The notes beneath the pieces were generated by a model. That model saw only the letters and a list, made by a program, of their open reading frames with translations. It was not told where the DNA came from and did not search any database. Position numbers and translations under genes: made by a program. 64,000 bases of DNA from Chrysomallon squamiferum (lineage: Eukaryota > Animalia > Mollusca): assembly GCA_012295275.1 (NCBI GenBank), contig CM022673.1, positions 3,286,001-3,350,000 of the forward strand. Reading direction: 5' to 3'. The first letter of the stretch is position 1. Every line of letters starts with the position of its first letter. Positions 12,801-28,104 of the stretch are shown piece after piece.

Positions 12801-13619
12801 TTTCTCATTCTTCTTCTTCTGTCCTTTTTGCTACAGGCCAAATCTCTTGGGATAATGTTAAGTTGTTGCTTCAGACGCTGTGAAGTGACAATTGTAATCG
12901 TCAGCTGTCGGCGACAATTTATAAAAACAGAAAGATATTTTCATAATTGTTTCCTTGATTCATGTCTTATACTGGGCAATATGTTAGCTTGCACAGAAAG
13001 TGAAAGAAAAGGACACAAGGTAAAAGTGGAAGTAAAATAGAACAGAATGAATATTTGTTAAAAGACGCATCACTAATTTAATCTTGTTATTATATGTCAG
13101 AAATGTGCTTGTTTTTTTTTTCTTTGTTTATTCAATGATGAGATGCAACCATTTCGTGTCTTATTCTGACTGATTAGCAGAATATGATTTTGTGGTTCAC
13201 CTTCTCATAAACAGGAAAACAACGAATCAAGAACTGTGATAAATTAAATAAAAAGACATAAATTTACATAAAACAAAACAAAACATAACAAAACAAAACA
13301 AAACAAAACAAAACAAAACAAAACAAAACAAACAAACAAACAAACAAACAAACAGACAAACAAACAAATAAAATTTATAAAGTCATTCGATCTTATTTTA
13401 TTTTCAATCCTATACGCGAATTAAAGTTCACAGTATTAAACTTTATAATACAATTACAAGTACACGAGCTTGCCAAAATAAAATGTAGATAGTACTGTAA
13501 TTAAACAAGGTAGAAAACTAATACAACGTTTTAGAAAACGGCTACCCGACAATGAACAGTCAACTATTTATTTGTTTATCTCACGGTCAACGAGTTATTA
13601 GTTCTTATTTCTTAGCTAC

Positions 13620-14190
13620 GAGTATACGTCAGGGTGGGCGAGATGTTCCTGTTCCGTGATTTGATCTCGGTACCCACAAACCGCCTGCCCCCACGTTCTG
13701 TAAGAACCAAAACGCTTAACCAGCGGAATGGACGCGAGTTCACTGATCCCTTAATAACACATTCCACCCAAACGAACTAATCTCAGATAGGCATTTAGCA
13801 ATAAAACAAAAAAAAAACCGTGCATCTTGTTTACCGCGATCGCCGGAGTTCCGATGACGTCATCTCATCCATACCGTCCCATTCCTTATGCATTTTCCTC
13901 CCTTAGTCGACTTGCTATGCAAATTGCCAATGAATTTCGGTCGCATAAAATTACTCTTTTCGACCAGTAGCGTTTCTCGAATTTGTTTTCTCGATATTGC
14001 TCAAGAAGAGAGATAAACAGGCCGGCTAAGCAACGCGTAATAACACCTGTCACAGCGACTTTCCGCCCATCTTTCTGAGTGCCTCGCCGCATCCACTGAA
14101 GCCTTAACCGGCGTGACACGTGGGCGGAATGGTAATGGAATGTTACAGTATTGGCTATTACGACGTACACGCAGGAGAACGAAGCCCAGG
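13620..14190. promoter_or_regulatory. CpG/GC-enriched intergenic island, candidate enhancer or promoter
   Basis: CRE TGACGTCA 13855-13862, octamer ATGCAAAT 13917-13924 followed by CCAAT, E-box CACGTG 14117-14122 overlapping GGGCGG; no credible ORF. Confidence 0.4.
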
Positions 14191-14956
14191 AATGTAATGG
14201 TAAAAATCACTATTCCGGTTTCTTTAATTTCCAGATTAATCAACTCATATTACTGCGACAACCGAATAAAAGAATTATGTTGCATAGGACCCCGCACCAA
14301 GACCCGTTTGTAAATTAGCGAGTGAAATGCGTATCGCGATTTTCGTGACAAACAACGACGACAACGACGACAACAACAGCAAAAAAAAAAAGTCAGCAAC
14401 AACAACGGTAACAAAAACTACAACAACAACGGTAAACAAAATCAACAACAACAACAACAATGACTACAGTCAAGTTATTTTAAATAATACAGAAATGCAT
14501 AACAGTAATTGTGAGAAGGAAAAGACAAGAAAAATAAAGAAGTAAGACGAAGAAGGGTGAAAAAGAAAGGTAAAAATTCAAATATTTAATAATAATTTTA
14601 TCTTTTAATACTAAAGATGAAAAGAAAAACATTAATTAAAAGAAAAAAGAAAAAAGAAATAAAAAGAAAGAAGAAAAATATGAAACAAAAAAGGAAAGAA
14701 AAATTAAAAAATTAAAACATTATAAAGAGGATTTCTATTTTTATAAACGGTGTGCTAATTGTGGGCTTGACTTATGTAACTGTCAAAATGTACGTCCTTC
14801 CTTCTTTATTTAAATACTACATTACTGGTAGAGAAGATTAAAGAAAATAATTTTGAAGTCGACAATTGAAAAATGAATGATTCCTTACTTTTAGTGGACA
14901 AAATAAATATATGAATGCTGCACTCTTTTTCTTCCGTGCTTGCAGTTTAAAAATTG

Positions 14957-15400
<444 letters not shown>

Positions 15401-15699
15401 CTGAACTCATCCCTAAAGCACACTGGTGCAGACACACTAGGTGATACTAAAATCAGACAAATCCTGCATCACGGCGGTGTTAACGTTAATACTGACGCTA
15501 CAGACACAACCTGACACACTTGTCAGTCTGACGTCTTTTCTCGACGTAAGCTAACATTCTCCAACTGAACAGAAAAAACAACAACTAGTTACATAAAAAG
15601 AAAAGAGATCATGTCTTTAAATTATCACAATGTCGTAAATATATTTTAATCGAATTACCTGTTATTGTATGACAACCACTTAAGACAAAGACACCCAAG

Positions 15700-15768
<69 letters not shown>

Positions 15769-16249
15769 ACACACACAGTTTATGTCTGGATCTGTGTCAG
15801 AGTGTCTGTTTCTGTGTGTGTGTGTGTATGTGTGTGTATGTATATATATATATGTATATATGCATGTATATTGGTATATATATATGATAGATATAGGTAT
15901 ATATATATATATATATATATCTATATATATATAGATATATATATCTATATATATCCTAAAATGTATCTTTACTGTCCTTTCTTTCTTTAGAGACAGAGAT
16001 GACGTGATTAGTAAAACTTTCAAATCTTTAAACTTATTTTATACCTAAACACAGCGGCGACATGTCAAACTTATTAAACCAGGAACACATATTTAATAAT
16101 TCTTCTAGGTGCATGCATTGGTAGTTTTATTTCAATTTAAGATCATTTCCGCCAAATTAAATGTTTAATTTGATATTTTTTGAAAAGTGTTATAAAAAAA
16201 TTTTTTTTTTTTTTTTTTAAATTCGTTTACTCATTTATACTTGAGGAAC

Positions 16250-16286
<37 letters not shown>

Positions 16287-16543
16287 CAAAGTCAGCAGTT
16301 CATAAGTTCTTCTGTGGACAGTCCTCGATATTCGATCATTTAGCTTTTTCTCGATCTAGCCAGTGCTCCACGGCTCATTAGCTAGCAATGCAACTCTTTA
16401 TCGAGGTCAGAGGTTGTGTTAAATGAACAGTGACGTATTAAACCATACAAGTATTAATGAGACACAGTAGAAGAATGGTTCTGATTGTTGAGAATCTAAT
16501 AAACTATCATTAAAATGAAATTACGGATGAATGAAAAGTAAAC

Positions 16544-16574
<31 letters not shown>

Positions 16575-17777
16575 TTTATCCTACTACTACTTCTCCCGCT
16601 CCTCCTACTGCAATTATTACAGCAGCAGCAACAGTAACAACAACAACAGAAGCAGCAACAACAACAACAACAACATCAACAATAATAATAATAATTATAA
16701 TCATACTGATGACGAATATCAGTAATTTACTAGATTCTCGAAGGAGCCAGATTCTTCTGCACAAAAGTATTCTAGATTTAACCCGAGCTAACCCCAACCC
16801 GCATTCAAATCCTCGCATCCAAACCAAGACGTGTAAACAAATACACTGACTTCTCAAATAATCGTCAGCTGCGATTATTTAATCTTCTGTCACCGATCAG
16901 TGGAATTTTCTTTTTCCTAAATCAAAGAAAAACGCTTCTTTTGATGCCTGAAAACAAAGTTTTAATGCTGTTAAAGCCAGCTTTGTGCGTCAGAATTGAT
17001 GACATTTTTTTTTTTTTTTTATATAAATTTATATTGGCATTGTTCTCTTACAGTAATTACAAAAGAAAGATATCTTGAAAAATAAAATAAAATATAATAA
17101 TTTTTATAAAATAAAATAAAAGTAACTCATACAGTAATAACAAATACAACAGAAAGATTTGAATGTATTTATTTGTATGAATACACGTGCGTACAAATGT
17201 TTATAAGTATCTATGTTTACAAAACATTCGGATAATATAAGCAAACATTCATATATATATACAAACATACATACATACATACATACATCATCATCATTAT
17301 CATCATCATTATTGGTGTTGTTGTTGTTATCACCATCAACAGCAACAGAATGTTTAACTTTTAATTACTCCCATTCTGTGGCTCGTTGAGAATAATTAAA
17401 AATAAATAAAGTCGGCTGAAATCCATGTGGTAACAACGAACAAACGTTTTACAGCTGTTTTCTTGGTGTTTTCACTGTTCTGTTTCACATTTCTTCGAGT
17501 GTTATCTTAACTGATTTATAAAAGTCTATGGGTAAAGTGTGAATGAAAAAAAAAGATTCCTAGCTGCTAATCAATAAATTCAGCCTATGCAGCGATGGTA
17601 GTCGATTCATTATATAATATCTTAATTATTAAAAACAAAATCCTTATAGCTGATAATAGCTAAAAAAAAAAAAAAAAAAAATGTGTTAGGTATCTTAAGC
17701 ATTTATTCATAAGTTTATTAACAGTTTCTTTATTAAATTATATATTAAATATGTAAAGTTTTAAAGATACTATAAGT

Positions 17778-17981
17778 ATATACATACATACATGCGTACA
17801 TACATACATACATACATACATACATACATAAATACATACATACATACATACATACATACATACATACATACATACATACACTACATACATACATACATAC
17901 ATACATACATACATACATACATACATACATACATACATACATACATACATACATACATACATACATACATACATACATACA
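17778..17981. repeat. (TACA)n microsatellite
   Basis: Direct inspection. Confidence 0.97.
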
Positions 17982-18871
17982 AAAACGAAAGGAATATTTA
18001 TATATGAACCAAACACAACACAGAGACTTATTCTAAAGGACGCTTCAAAATTAAGGGTTTTGTGTAATTAACAATTGCACTACTGCGACCTAATAACAGA
18101 TATTCCGTAATGGTCATCTGCTTTATTTTATTAAAAAGTATTTTCAACACCTTTGGGGGTCAATGAAATAATGAGAATGTTCTCCGCATCTGAAATAACA
18201 ATATAAAGCTGTACGGACGACGTCTTTTTTAATAGACGGAATATCATAGCATATAGTATTTGACAGTATAAAGTACATGTCTAATTTAAGTATATTCGTG
18301 ACTTTAACTATAACATTTACCATCTAAATAGGTGAGGGATTTATATTTTGGTTTTGGTCAGTATCTTCATTTTTATTTTAAAGTAGAAAATGAAAAAGCA
18401 AAACAATACTCGATAATATAGCAATTTGCGGAAAATTAAATTTATGCATATACACGATTTCGGGTCATTTATTTACTTGCTCTGGAGTTTGAAAAATTAT
18501 TTTGGTACTAACGCAGTGTACATAAACTTGTATTTATTCTCTACATTATATGCACAGATATAGCTGTCATACTTTTCTTCTACTTAATATATATTTTTTT
18601 TTTAAATTTAAAAATCACTTTTAATTAATACCGTTCAAAAAAAATAAAATAATAATACGTCCGACTTCCACATTAAAACCCTGAGATATAGTTAATCTTC
18701 TTCATGTATTGGTGTAATTTGACAGAAACACGTGAAACTGGTTTGTTGTAAGGACCCCAATTACATGAACACCTAAGAAGACTGCCACACTCTTCAATTT
18801 CCTTTCACGCAGTTCAACGTACGAAATTACTCTTTTATGGCTTCCATTTTAACTGACCTCGCCGTAGCGTT

Positions 18872-19074
18872 TGATTGACAGGCGCTCCCAGCCAATCGGA
18901 ATGCGACTTGAGCGTTCCCTTTTAATTCGGTGGGTGGATCCCGATGTAACGTGTATAAGTATTGATATATATAGACGTGATTAGGTCTGTGGAGCACACG
19001 AGGGTAGTGTTTTTGCAAGTGAAAGAAAAAAGATTCCATTTCTGTTTTTTTGGGGGAGTCAGATCTTTATTCTG
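18872..19074 (+). promoter_or_regulatory. Candidate promoter and first non-coding exon (possibly of the cerebrin gene)
   Basis: TGATTGACAG (Pbx/Meis-type TALE site, 18872-18881), AGCCAATCGG CCAAT box (18892-18896), TATA-like runs at about 18954-18972, consensus donor G|GTAAGT at 19074/19075. Confidence 0.5.
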
Positions 19075-19183
19075 GTAAGTAAATTTTAATCTTTTGCCTT
19101 TTCATATATCATTTTTAAAAATATTTTTTCAACTTTCTTTTTGTTATAAAAGATTATGTTTATATGTCATGCAAAATAAGACA

Positions 19184-19229
<46 letters not shown>

Positions 19230-20510
19230 TGAAAAGAAAGAAAAACAACAACAACAACAAAAAACCAAGACAAAAAGAAAAAAAAAAAATCCGAGTAGTT
19301 TTTGGGTTCATATATCGTGACTACAGGTTTGTTAAAGCGATACAGCTAAAGAGCAAACCATTGCAGGAAATCTAAAAGTCAGAATTACAGAAACGAAATT
19401 TCAACTTCTTTCATTTTCTCAACCTGGGAGTCGAGACCTGGGACAAGATCAGAATCATCTTAAACGTGCATCAAGATTTGAGCTTAGGCGTAAACAGAAT
19501 ACGTAAAACAGTTCTTCATCATGAAATGGAATTCAGTATCTTTTAAAAAAAAAAAAAAAAATGTATTGACGTTTCAAGCATGATTTGCTTTTCTTTAATT
19601 ATTTTGAAACTGCAGTACTAATGATGTAATAATGTTTGTACGTGCGTGTGTATGAGTGTGTACATGCATGCATGCATTAATATATTTACGTATGCATGTA
19701 TACATATATGCTTGTATACATATGTATATATATAAATATATATATGGGTGTGTATGAGTTTGTGCATGCATGAATGTGTATATTTAAATATGTATGCATA
19801 TATTTATGCATGTGTATCATAAGTGTATGTATGTACGTATGTACGTAAGAATATGGAAGGTATGTACGCGTGTATGTGTGTGTCTGTACATGAATGTACG
19901 TAATATTACGAGCAGTATGACGTATATTATTACGCTGATTTATTATAAACAAACGAGGTTGTTATTACGGTTACGTGATGAACGAAGGACGGTGCAGGTT
20001 GCTAATAATGTTAATACATTTGACATTCTGTTTATTAACCAGCACAATGGACCTGTTAATACGTTACCTAATCAATGAGAAGAAAAAACAAAATACTCTG
20101 TGCATCTGTTTTACAGCTTGTCATTTTAAAATGACGTTGTTTATTCAGATAACCATTTCCTTCATTAAGACAGTAATTGTATGGACTTAACAGAAAAAAG
20201 AAATTAACGTATTTTATTTTATATATTAGCAGTTTTTGACAGAGACAGTAGCACCTGTGAACTTTTAAATGCACTTTTTTTTACCACACAGGGAATGAAA
20301 CAGATACGATTAATACGCTATTAGTGCAGGACTAGTTGGAACGGTAAACATGACGTGGAGGATTAATGTAATGTAATGCTTGTCTTTATGGGAGAGAACT
20401 CTAGCACTAATCAATGGGTTTTTCCCCCCGCATAACTAAATGATAGAACTAAAGCTGTTGAAATAATTAAGTAAAGAAATTAAAAAAAAAAGATTTAATT
20501 TTCCTTCAAC

Positions 20511-20575
<65 letters not shown>

Positions 20576-21790
20576 GAAGATTATATGAAAAAAATCACTA
20601 ATCAATATATCAAAATTACTACAACCATCACCATCATCATCATCATCATCATCACCACCACCACAACAGCTTCCATCACCACTACTTTACAATCACTACT
20701 ATACTACCTAAACGCCAACAACTGCAACAGCTAGAAACAGTAATAAGAAGTAAAAGAGATTCTGAATATTAAACTGTTATAATATTAAGGCTGTCGCATC
20801 CACTAAGTACTGGGTTTATTTTCAAATAGGAAAGTGATATGAGGCAAACTGTTTTGTGATTGCTTCTGCGGATCCGTCTGATGTCTAGTGATTAAACTGC
20901 AATTCGAGCCGACCCCGTTCACGTAGATGCACGTCACACAAGTCGTAGACGTAATTAGTAAGGACAAAGAATTTGAAACAATCACATCAGCAAATACGGA
21001 TATTGTCGTGTTACATGTGATTCGAAAGTAGGCCATTGTAGTAAGAACAATTGGAAATATATAGATGATTTAGTCTCTGTATTATTATTGTTATTACTAT
21101 TACTACTACTACTACTACTATTATTATTATTAGTATTAGTATTATTATTATTAGTATTATTAGTAGTAGTAGTATTAGTAGTAGTAGTAGTAGTATTACT
21201 GTTGTTTTTAATAACATCATCGTCTTGTAATAATAATGATGGACAATAATAAGTATATACATAATAATTTTATTTACAGTCATTTGAAACCATCAGTACT
21301 CTGTAAGCCATCAATACTATTTAAATTATTGCCAGTACAGTATATTGATCTGCTCTTTCAGTTTCTCTGTCCTCTGTTAATTATTATCTTTATTACATTA
21401 TCATTATTATTATTCTTAGCAGTATTAGATGTAGTGGTAAAACATTAGTAAGAAAAGAAGTAGTAGCTGCAGTTGTATTAGTAATAGATGGTGTAATAAT
21501 AGCAGTAGCATTAACAGTAGTAGTTGTAGCTGTAGTAGTAATGGTAGTAGCAGCAATAATAGAAGTGTTGTTATTTCGTAATTCAAGATCAGTTATATAG
21601 TCGCTTTGCTTTATTTTTATCTTATTTATATTTTAACTTATTTTCGTTGAGATAACTGTATGCATTTTGTAACTATGCAGAAAGTACAAGTCATAACCAG
21701 TAACAAATAAAAAATATTCATCATTATCATTATTTTTATTACCACTACTACTACTACTTCTACTACCACTGCTACTACTACTACTATTAT

Positions 21791-21824
<34 letters not shown>

Positions 21825-24582
21825 TCTTCTCAAACAGCTTATTCTTATTCTTATTCTAATTCGTAACTGAATTAGTTACATTTTCATGGTATAACATTTC
21901 AGAAAATCTTTGCAAAATACGCCTACTATTTAAAAATATTTTTAACACTTCGCAAACTTGATTGTGTTAATTATCACCCAGTACTTATACAATAAGTCAT
22001 GTGTCATTATAAAATTCCCCACGCAATATTCTTACATAAATGTTTGACGCCTCCAACAACCAAATGGATTTGCCGTTCTTCCGTCAGTTAGTGCCAAACT
22101 CTATCTGCAGCTGGTAGGCGTGCTTTGACTTTTTTCCTGTTCATGCTGGTTTTCTTAATAAGGTGACTATGTAGTTATTATGCTTCACAGTGTAACGTAC
22201 TTTATCGAACTGTCTGTTGATCAAAACTGCATAGGTTTGAAAATTTAACCTCTCTAGAGAGACTGGCAGTCCTCTTGGTCTTTACTTGTAGTTAGAATTC
22301 ACGAAGACAAAAGGTTAGTGAAATTTAGGTGACTAGTTTTTTTCGATCTTTTTTTCTTTTCTCTTATTTCTTTCTTTCTTTCTTTCTTTAATTCTTTATT
22401 TGTTTCTTTGATTGTTATGTCTCTTTCTTTCTATCCATATATGTCATATATGTTGTTTTTAGAGAAAGATCTATATAAATATGTACGTGTGTGTGTGTGT
22501 GTGCATGTGTTTGTATATTTGGGTATATTTGTGTTTGTCAAGTATCTATACATGTTTGTACATAAGTATCTAAAGATATATGTACGCAAATGTGCTTATG
22601 TTCATTTTTCCTTGATAATTCATCTGGCGCATATATAATTATATTAGTTAACATTACAAATGATAACTGTATTAAAAAAAAGAAGAGGAAGAATAAAGTT
22701 GTATTTTTTTATTGATATTTATTGTACTTTATGCTTAGAATCCATCAGGATACGGTTAACGATTATCTTATACTGTTATAGATGATCGTTTAAATATGTG
22801 TGTTGTTTTACAGTTTTTAACATATAACCAAATGTATAATGTTGCGCTCTATCTTAACTTTGAAAATTAAATACAAGCCTTTGCCTATACCATACACTTA
22901 CCTGCTTCTAAGTAGCCGAAGACATTTTTTTATATTTTTTGTCATCTTTAATTTTTTTTTTTTAACTGACGGGCTCTCATTTTAGTATGTATTTTTGAAA
23001 GTACTTTAGAAAATAAAACAACGGCTTAGTATTGTTAATGAACAGTTTGTTACTGACAGAAGTCGCTAAATGTTAAAGTATATAATGTCATTTTGTACTG
23101 ATTGATAGTTTCATTGTATGTCGCGTATCTCGTGTAAAGAAAGACGTTACAAACTGAACTAAAGTCGAGTTACGACAAATTTATTTCAAAACTTTCCGTC
23201 ATTAATAACTGTTTGTTTAGTCACTTTGAAAGCTCAGTGGAATAAATATTTCGTCGATTGTTATCATCATCATCACCATCATTATCATTATCATCATCAT
23301 CATCATCATCACTACTACTACTACTATTACTAATAATAATTATTATATATTTTTTTTTATTTATTGATTATTACTACCTTTTTAAATTTCGGGGCTAATT
23401 TCATCTCGAACGCAACCTTACACAGTGATGATAATGCTTCACCTTTTAAGAAATCTTCCTTCATCATGAAAGGTCGATTAAGCTTATACCAACCTACCCA
23501 TGGAATCTGCTGGCTGATTCGAGAATTACTGATATTCTGATGAGGGCGAAACTCGAGGGCTAGAACACTGGCATGATGCGTCTTAGGATCAATACACTCT
23601 AGTGCGCCTGGTGAGCTATTTCCCGTTACAACCAGAACTCGCACGACTCGCTTATCTAATGTCTTACTGTGTGTTATATCGTCTACGGAAAAGTGCACAT
23701 CTGACGATGACGTTTATCTATTGCTGAAAAATCAGCGAAACTAGTACGTGATATCGCTGCTGCAGGTTTCATCTTTTGCATTATCATCCTATAAAAACGT
23801 AGGAAATGCAGCAAATAGACTATTAGCATTAAAATGTGCCGAGGACTGGTCAAACAGTCATTCATTTAACTGAAGCTTTGAAAATATTATAGACTTTCGG
23901 TTCTGTCTTCTTACACTCTCCGTCAGTTTTCGTGAAATTACGTTAATTTCCGCCCTTTCTCACCTGTAATAAGGTCTGTTTTGGTCTGTTGTTGTCATCA
24001 GATTAACAACATACGGCTTGAGGATGAGTCTGTGATACACGTTACAAGTCTCTTAAGTAATGATGAAGTTGTCTGAGTCGGTAGAAGTGTGCGGCCACTA
24101 CATTAATTGCACGAACACGCAGCTCTTCAATTCTTTGACCTTCGGGTATGGAATATTAATTATCTATCACACACGATTTTATCCGGAATCCGCTGGCTGG
24201 CATGCAAATTACTGACCGGATATTAGTTTCGTACGAAATGAAAGCATTTCCAGTACAATTATTAAAAACTTTTTATACATATTCTCAAGAGATAAGGAAA
24301 TATGCCGTCAGTTTTTGTTTCGTAGCGCGCAATTCAAAACCAGAGTCTTTTATGTGTTAGTTGTTCGAGTATGTTCTACCCTGTTCAGGTTAATTGTGTA
24401 AACAAATATACCCGTCACCCGAATCAGAGAATGTCTGTATAAGGACACCTCAACGCATTTCGTATTAATGACAGCTATATATATATTCACCTTGTGTTTT
24501 TAGATGTTGTTGATGTATAATTACAATTGATTAGCAGTATATATATAAATATGCTGTGTATGTGTATGTGTGTGTATATATG

Positions 24583-24613
<31 letters not shown>

Positions 24614-24640
24614 ATATGTATATATATGTATGTATATATA

Positions 24641-24676
<36 letters not shown>

Positions 24677-24760
24677 TATATGTATGTATGTATGTATATA
24701 TATATGTATATGTATGTATATGTATATATATATGTATGTATGTATGTATGTTTATATGTA

Positions 24761-24799
<39 letters not shown>

Positions 24800-26530
24800 T
24801 TTTTTTTTCAGGAATTGTACATATTTCTTGAAAATAAATAAGAGATGAATATTTTTCCAATGACTGTCGAACATCAAGATATAACTACTACCGCCATTAC
24901 TACTACTACCACTAATGCTATTACTGTTACTACTGCTACTATTACTAGTGCTGTTGCTATTACTATTATTACTCCTCTTAGTACTGTTACTACTTTTATT
25001 GCTATTACTGTTACTGTTACAGTTACTACTCCAACTGCTAGTACTACTACTTCTACTACTACTGCTTCTACTACTGCTGCTAGTGCTACTACTATTAGTA
25101 CTGATTCTTACTGGGTAAAGATAATGCTTGACACCGAACTGTAGTGTTGTGAACGTGTGAAAATCGTGTGTTTGTGAAGGACAAAAATCCGTAAATCATG
25201 AATAAATAAATTTAAAAATCCCCCAAAACCGACATGAATCCCTCATCGCAGATAAAACGCACTAAAAAGAAGCAATTATATTTACACAATACAAACAGCG
25301 AAACTGCATTTATATATTAATATAAAACATCCTACACACAACAGTACTGACGAACTGAACGGTCCAGTTTTTGCATATTTATATATTTTCAAATCACAAA
25401 TTAACCTGGTCGACTCTAAAACAGACAACCTATGCATTGTAAGAAACATGCACACAGGTCTTCCATTGCTTCTGTAATAACATTCATATAACAATGACTG
25501 AATCGACAAGCCAACTGTTAAATAACATATATTTATTCATGCTGAATGTCACGTAAAATAAATATGTCATCATCAAATGTTTGTTATCATTACAAAAGTA
25601 ATCTTACACGTAACACAACATTTTGTTTCCATTATACGCGATCTCGATCGTCTACCATCGCAAAAAAAAAAAAAAAAAATACAAGCTTAACACTTCAAGA
25701 TAATTTTACTAACGTACTTATGGCGATATTAATAAATGGATTGATAACATTATTTGTATTTCCAGGTTATTATTTTTTTGGTTTTGGGTGATGTGTTATT
25801 GCTCACAGTAACGACACAATACTGTTACGGAATATCGCTGTTTCACCGTTCACAGCTGCAGTTGTAACGTCTTTGAACACATGGCGGATTGATACCTATA
25901 CCTCTAATGACAGCATTAGAAGAAAATTTAGAAAAAAGTTAGTCCGTACTAAACGTCATGACGTCATGACTACATTAAAAAAAAAAAATAATAATAATAA
26001 TATCTTTTAACTAAAGTCTTTTGATATTATACTTTGTTATTTATTCACTGGAAGGAGGAAAGAACAGATAAAACGTAACTTGAAAGTATGAAGGATTGTA
26101 TTTACAGTGTTTCTTTGTATCATTAAAGGTACACTATAAATACTGATTTTACCTTATTTATCATTATATTTTTTTTCGCGTTAATGAAATTGCGACGTAA
26201 GTGTTGTTTCAGTGTTTTGTATATTACACTGATGCATGAATGCCAATGTGCAAAGGTGTTGAAAAGAAAATTACGGAAATGAGATCACGAAATTAATATA
26301 TTTTCACTGTCTTCGATTTTGACCATGACATAGACCGAGAAATGCTTTTTGACCACAGTTTGAAGACTTCCTTATATAACAATAGCAGTGAAAACGAAAA
26401 AAACCAACAACACCAAAACATTAATTAAAAAAACCCATATAATAATAATAAAATAAAAATGAATGAAATGTAAAAAGGTACACTAAGTTATTTCAGTACA
26501 TTTCAGTTAGGTGTGAAATATAAGGTCTAT

Positions 26531-26575
<45 letters not shown>

Positions 26576-28104
26576 GGTTTTTTGATTAATATTACAAAAA
26601 GAATTGTTTAGTTCCACAACGATTTATTATTTATCAAAACCTATGTTCTCAGATTTCCCTGTTGTTATTATGAAGTAGGGGAGCACTTAAAAAAGACACA
26701 GGTATCCCTTGATTAACGCAATTGATTCATCCATCGACGTTGCTGAGTCAATCAAATAACATAATTATACGCAAAAATTATGAAGGATTCTCAAAAGAAA
26801 ATCAAGTTTATCCACCTAAAATATACTTAACGTACTTATCTTGAAAGGAAAATAAAAAAAGGACAAAAAAAAAATGTTTAAAAGCAAAAAAGTATTAGTT
26901 TCAGCAATGTTATGAACTTTTAAACAGAAAACAGTCAAGAGAAGTTTCGAAGTTATCTTTTTGGCTTTTTCTCTTCATAAACTCTATGGTAGGACGCAGA
27001 TCTTCACCTGACTGCGGTAAACTGGATTTTGTCATTCAGATCTGGATCCACATCCACTACTTGCTGCTTTAGCGATTAAAAATAACGAAACATTTCACCA
27101 AGTTCTTTAGTCGTGACAAAGTCGCTAACTGACAACGCTTGTGACATGATCTCATTATCGGCTAAGTTTGACCGCTAAAGACGCTCTCTGGTGTTTGTTT
27201 TCACGCGGGAAACTGGAAAGAGCAGTAATACATTTTTTTATTACAACAAGGATACTTGCGATTAATATCATCACGTTAATCGAATACCGCGCAAAGCGAA
27301 ACTGCGACAAACGAAAAATACCTGTACTTGAACTAATGACTGATTCAAGATCAATACTTGAATATTTGATTAATAATGACAAATTAGCAGCATCTTTGAT
27401 ATATGTTTATAAATGTATACAAAATATTAATAAACTGACAAAATCTGCATATTATTTTATTCTGCAAATAATTATCATTTGGAGCCAGTAATAAATATTA
27501 TTCTTCTTACGTGCTTCATTTTAAATTTCGATTCAGAATATGTTAAAATCCTCCTACATAAAAATTTCACGCTTTCTGTCAGATGTAAACATCTTTATCT
27601 ACGGTCCATCCTACTACAATTAAATACTTTTGAAAATCCTTTATAATGTTAATACCGAAACATAAAACAAAAATGTATTTCTAATAACAGGATCGACCTT
27701 GAAAGACTGAGTCACTGTTATTTCTTAATCTTGGCAGTTCATCATGTAAAACACAGATAACAGCGTTAAGAATGACAGCCATTGCTATTACTACCACCAC
27801 TATTACTACTATTACAACCACCACTACCCTACCTCTATCTCTACTACAGCTGCTACTACTATTACTACTACCAACACCACCACTACTACTACTACTACTA
27901 TTGTGACTACAACTATCACTGCTGCCACTACCACTACAACTACTACTACTTCAGCTACAACCACAACAACTGCTACTGTTACTACCATTGTTACCACCAC
28001 TACTGACACTATGTACTACTACTATCGACACTACGACGGCTTCTTTTACTGCTACATCTGTTACTTCCAGTGGACTAACGCAGTTTGTACGTTTCTTTCA
28101 GGAA

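Noticed and set aside
23530-23570. Minimal hammerhead ribozyme (CTGATGA-GGGC-GAAA-CTCGAG)
   Set aside because: The stem II loop would be only 2 nt, there is no UH cleavage triplet after the palindromic stem III, and stem I does not pair.
23357-23698. 113-aa minus-strand ORF
   Set aside because: No recognisable motif, non-ATG start, no splice context, and it runs into a microsatellite.
24845-25144. Thr-rich mucin-like ORF (also 27903..28670)
   Set aside because: Translation of degenerate (ACT)n microsatellites.
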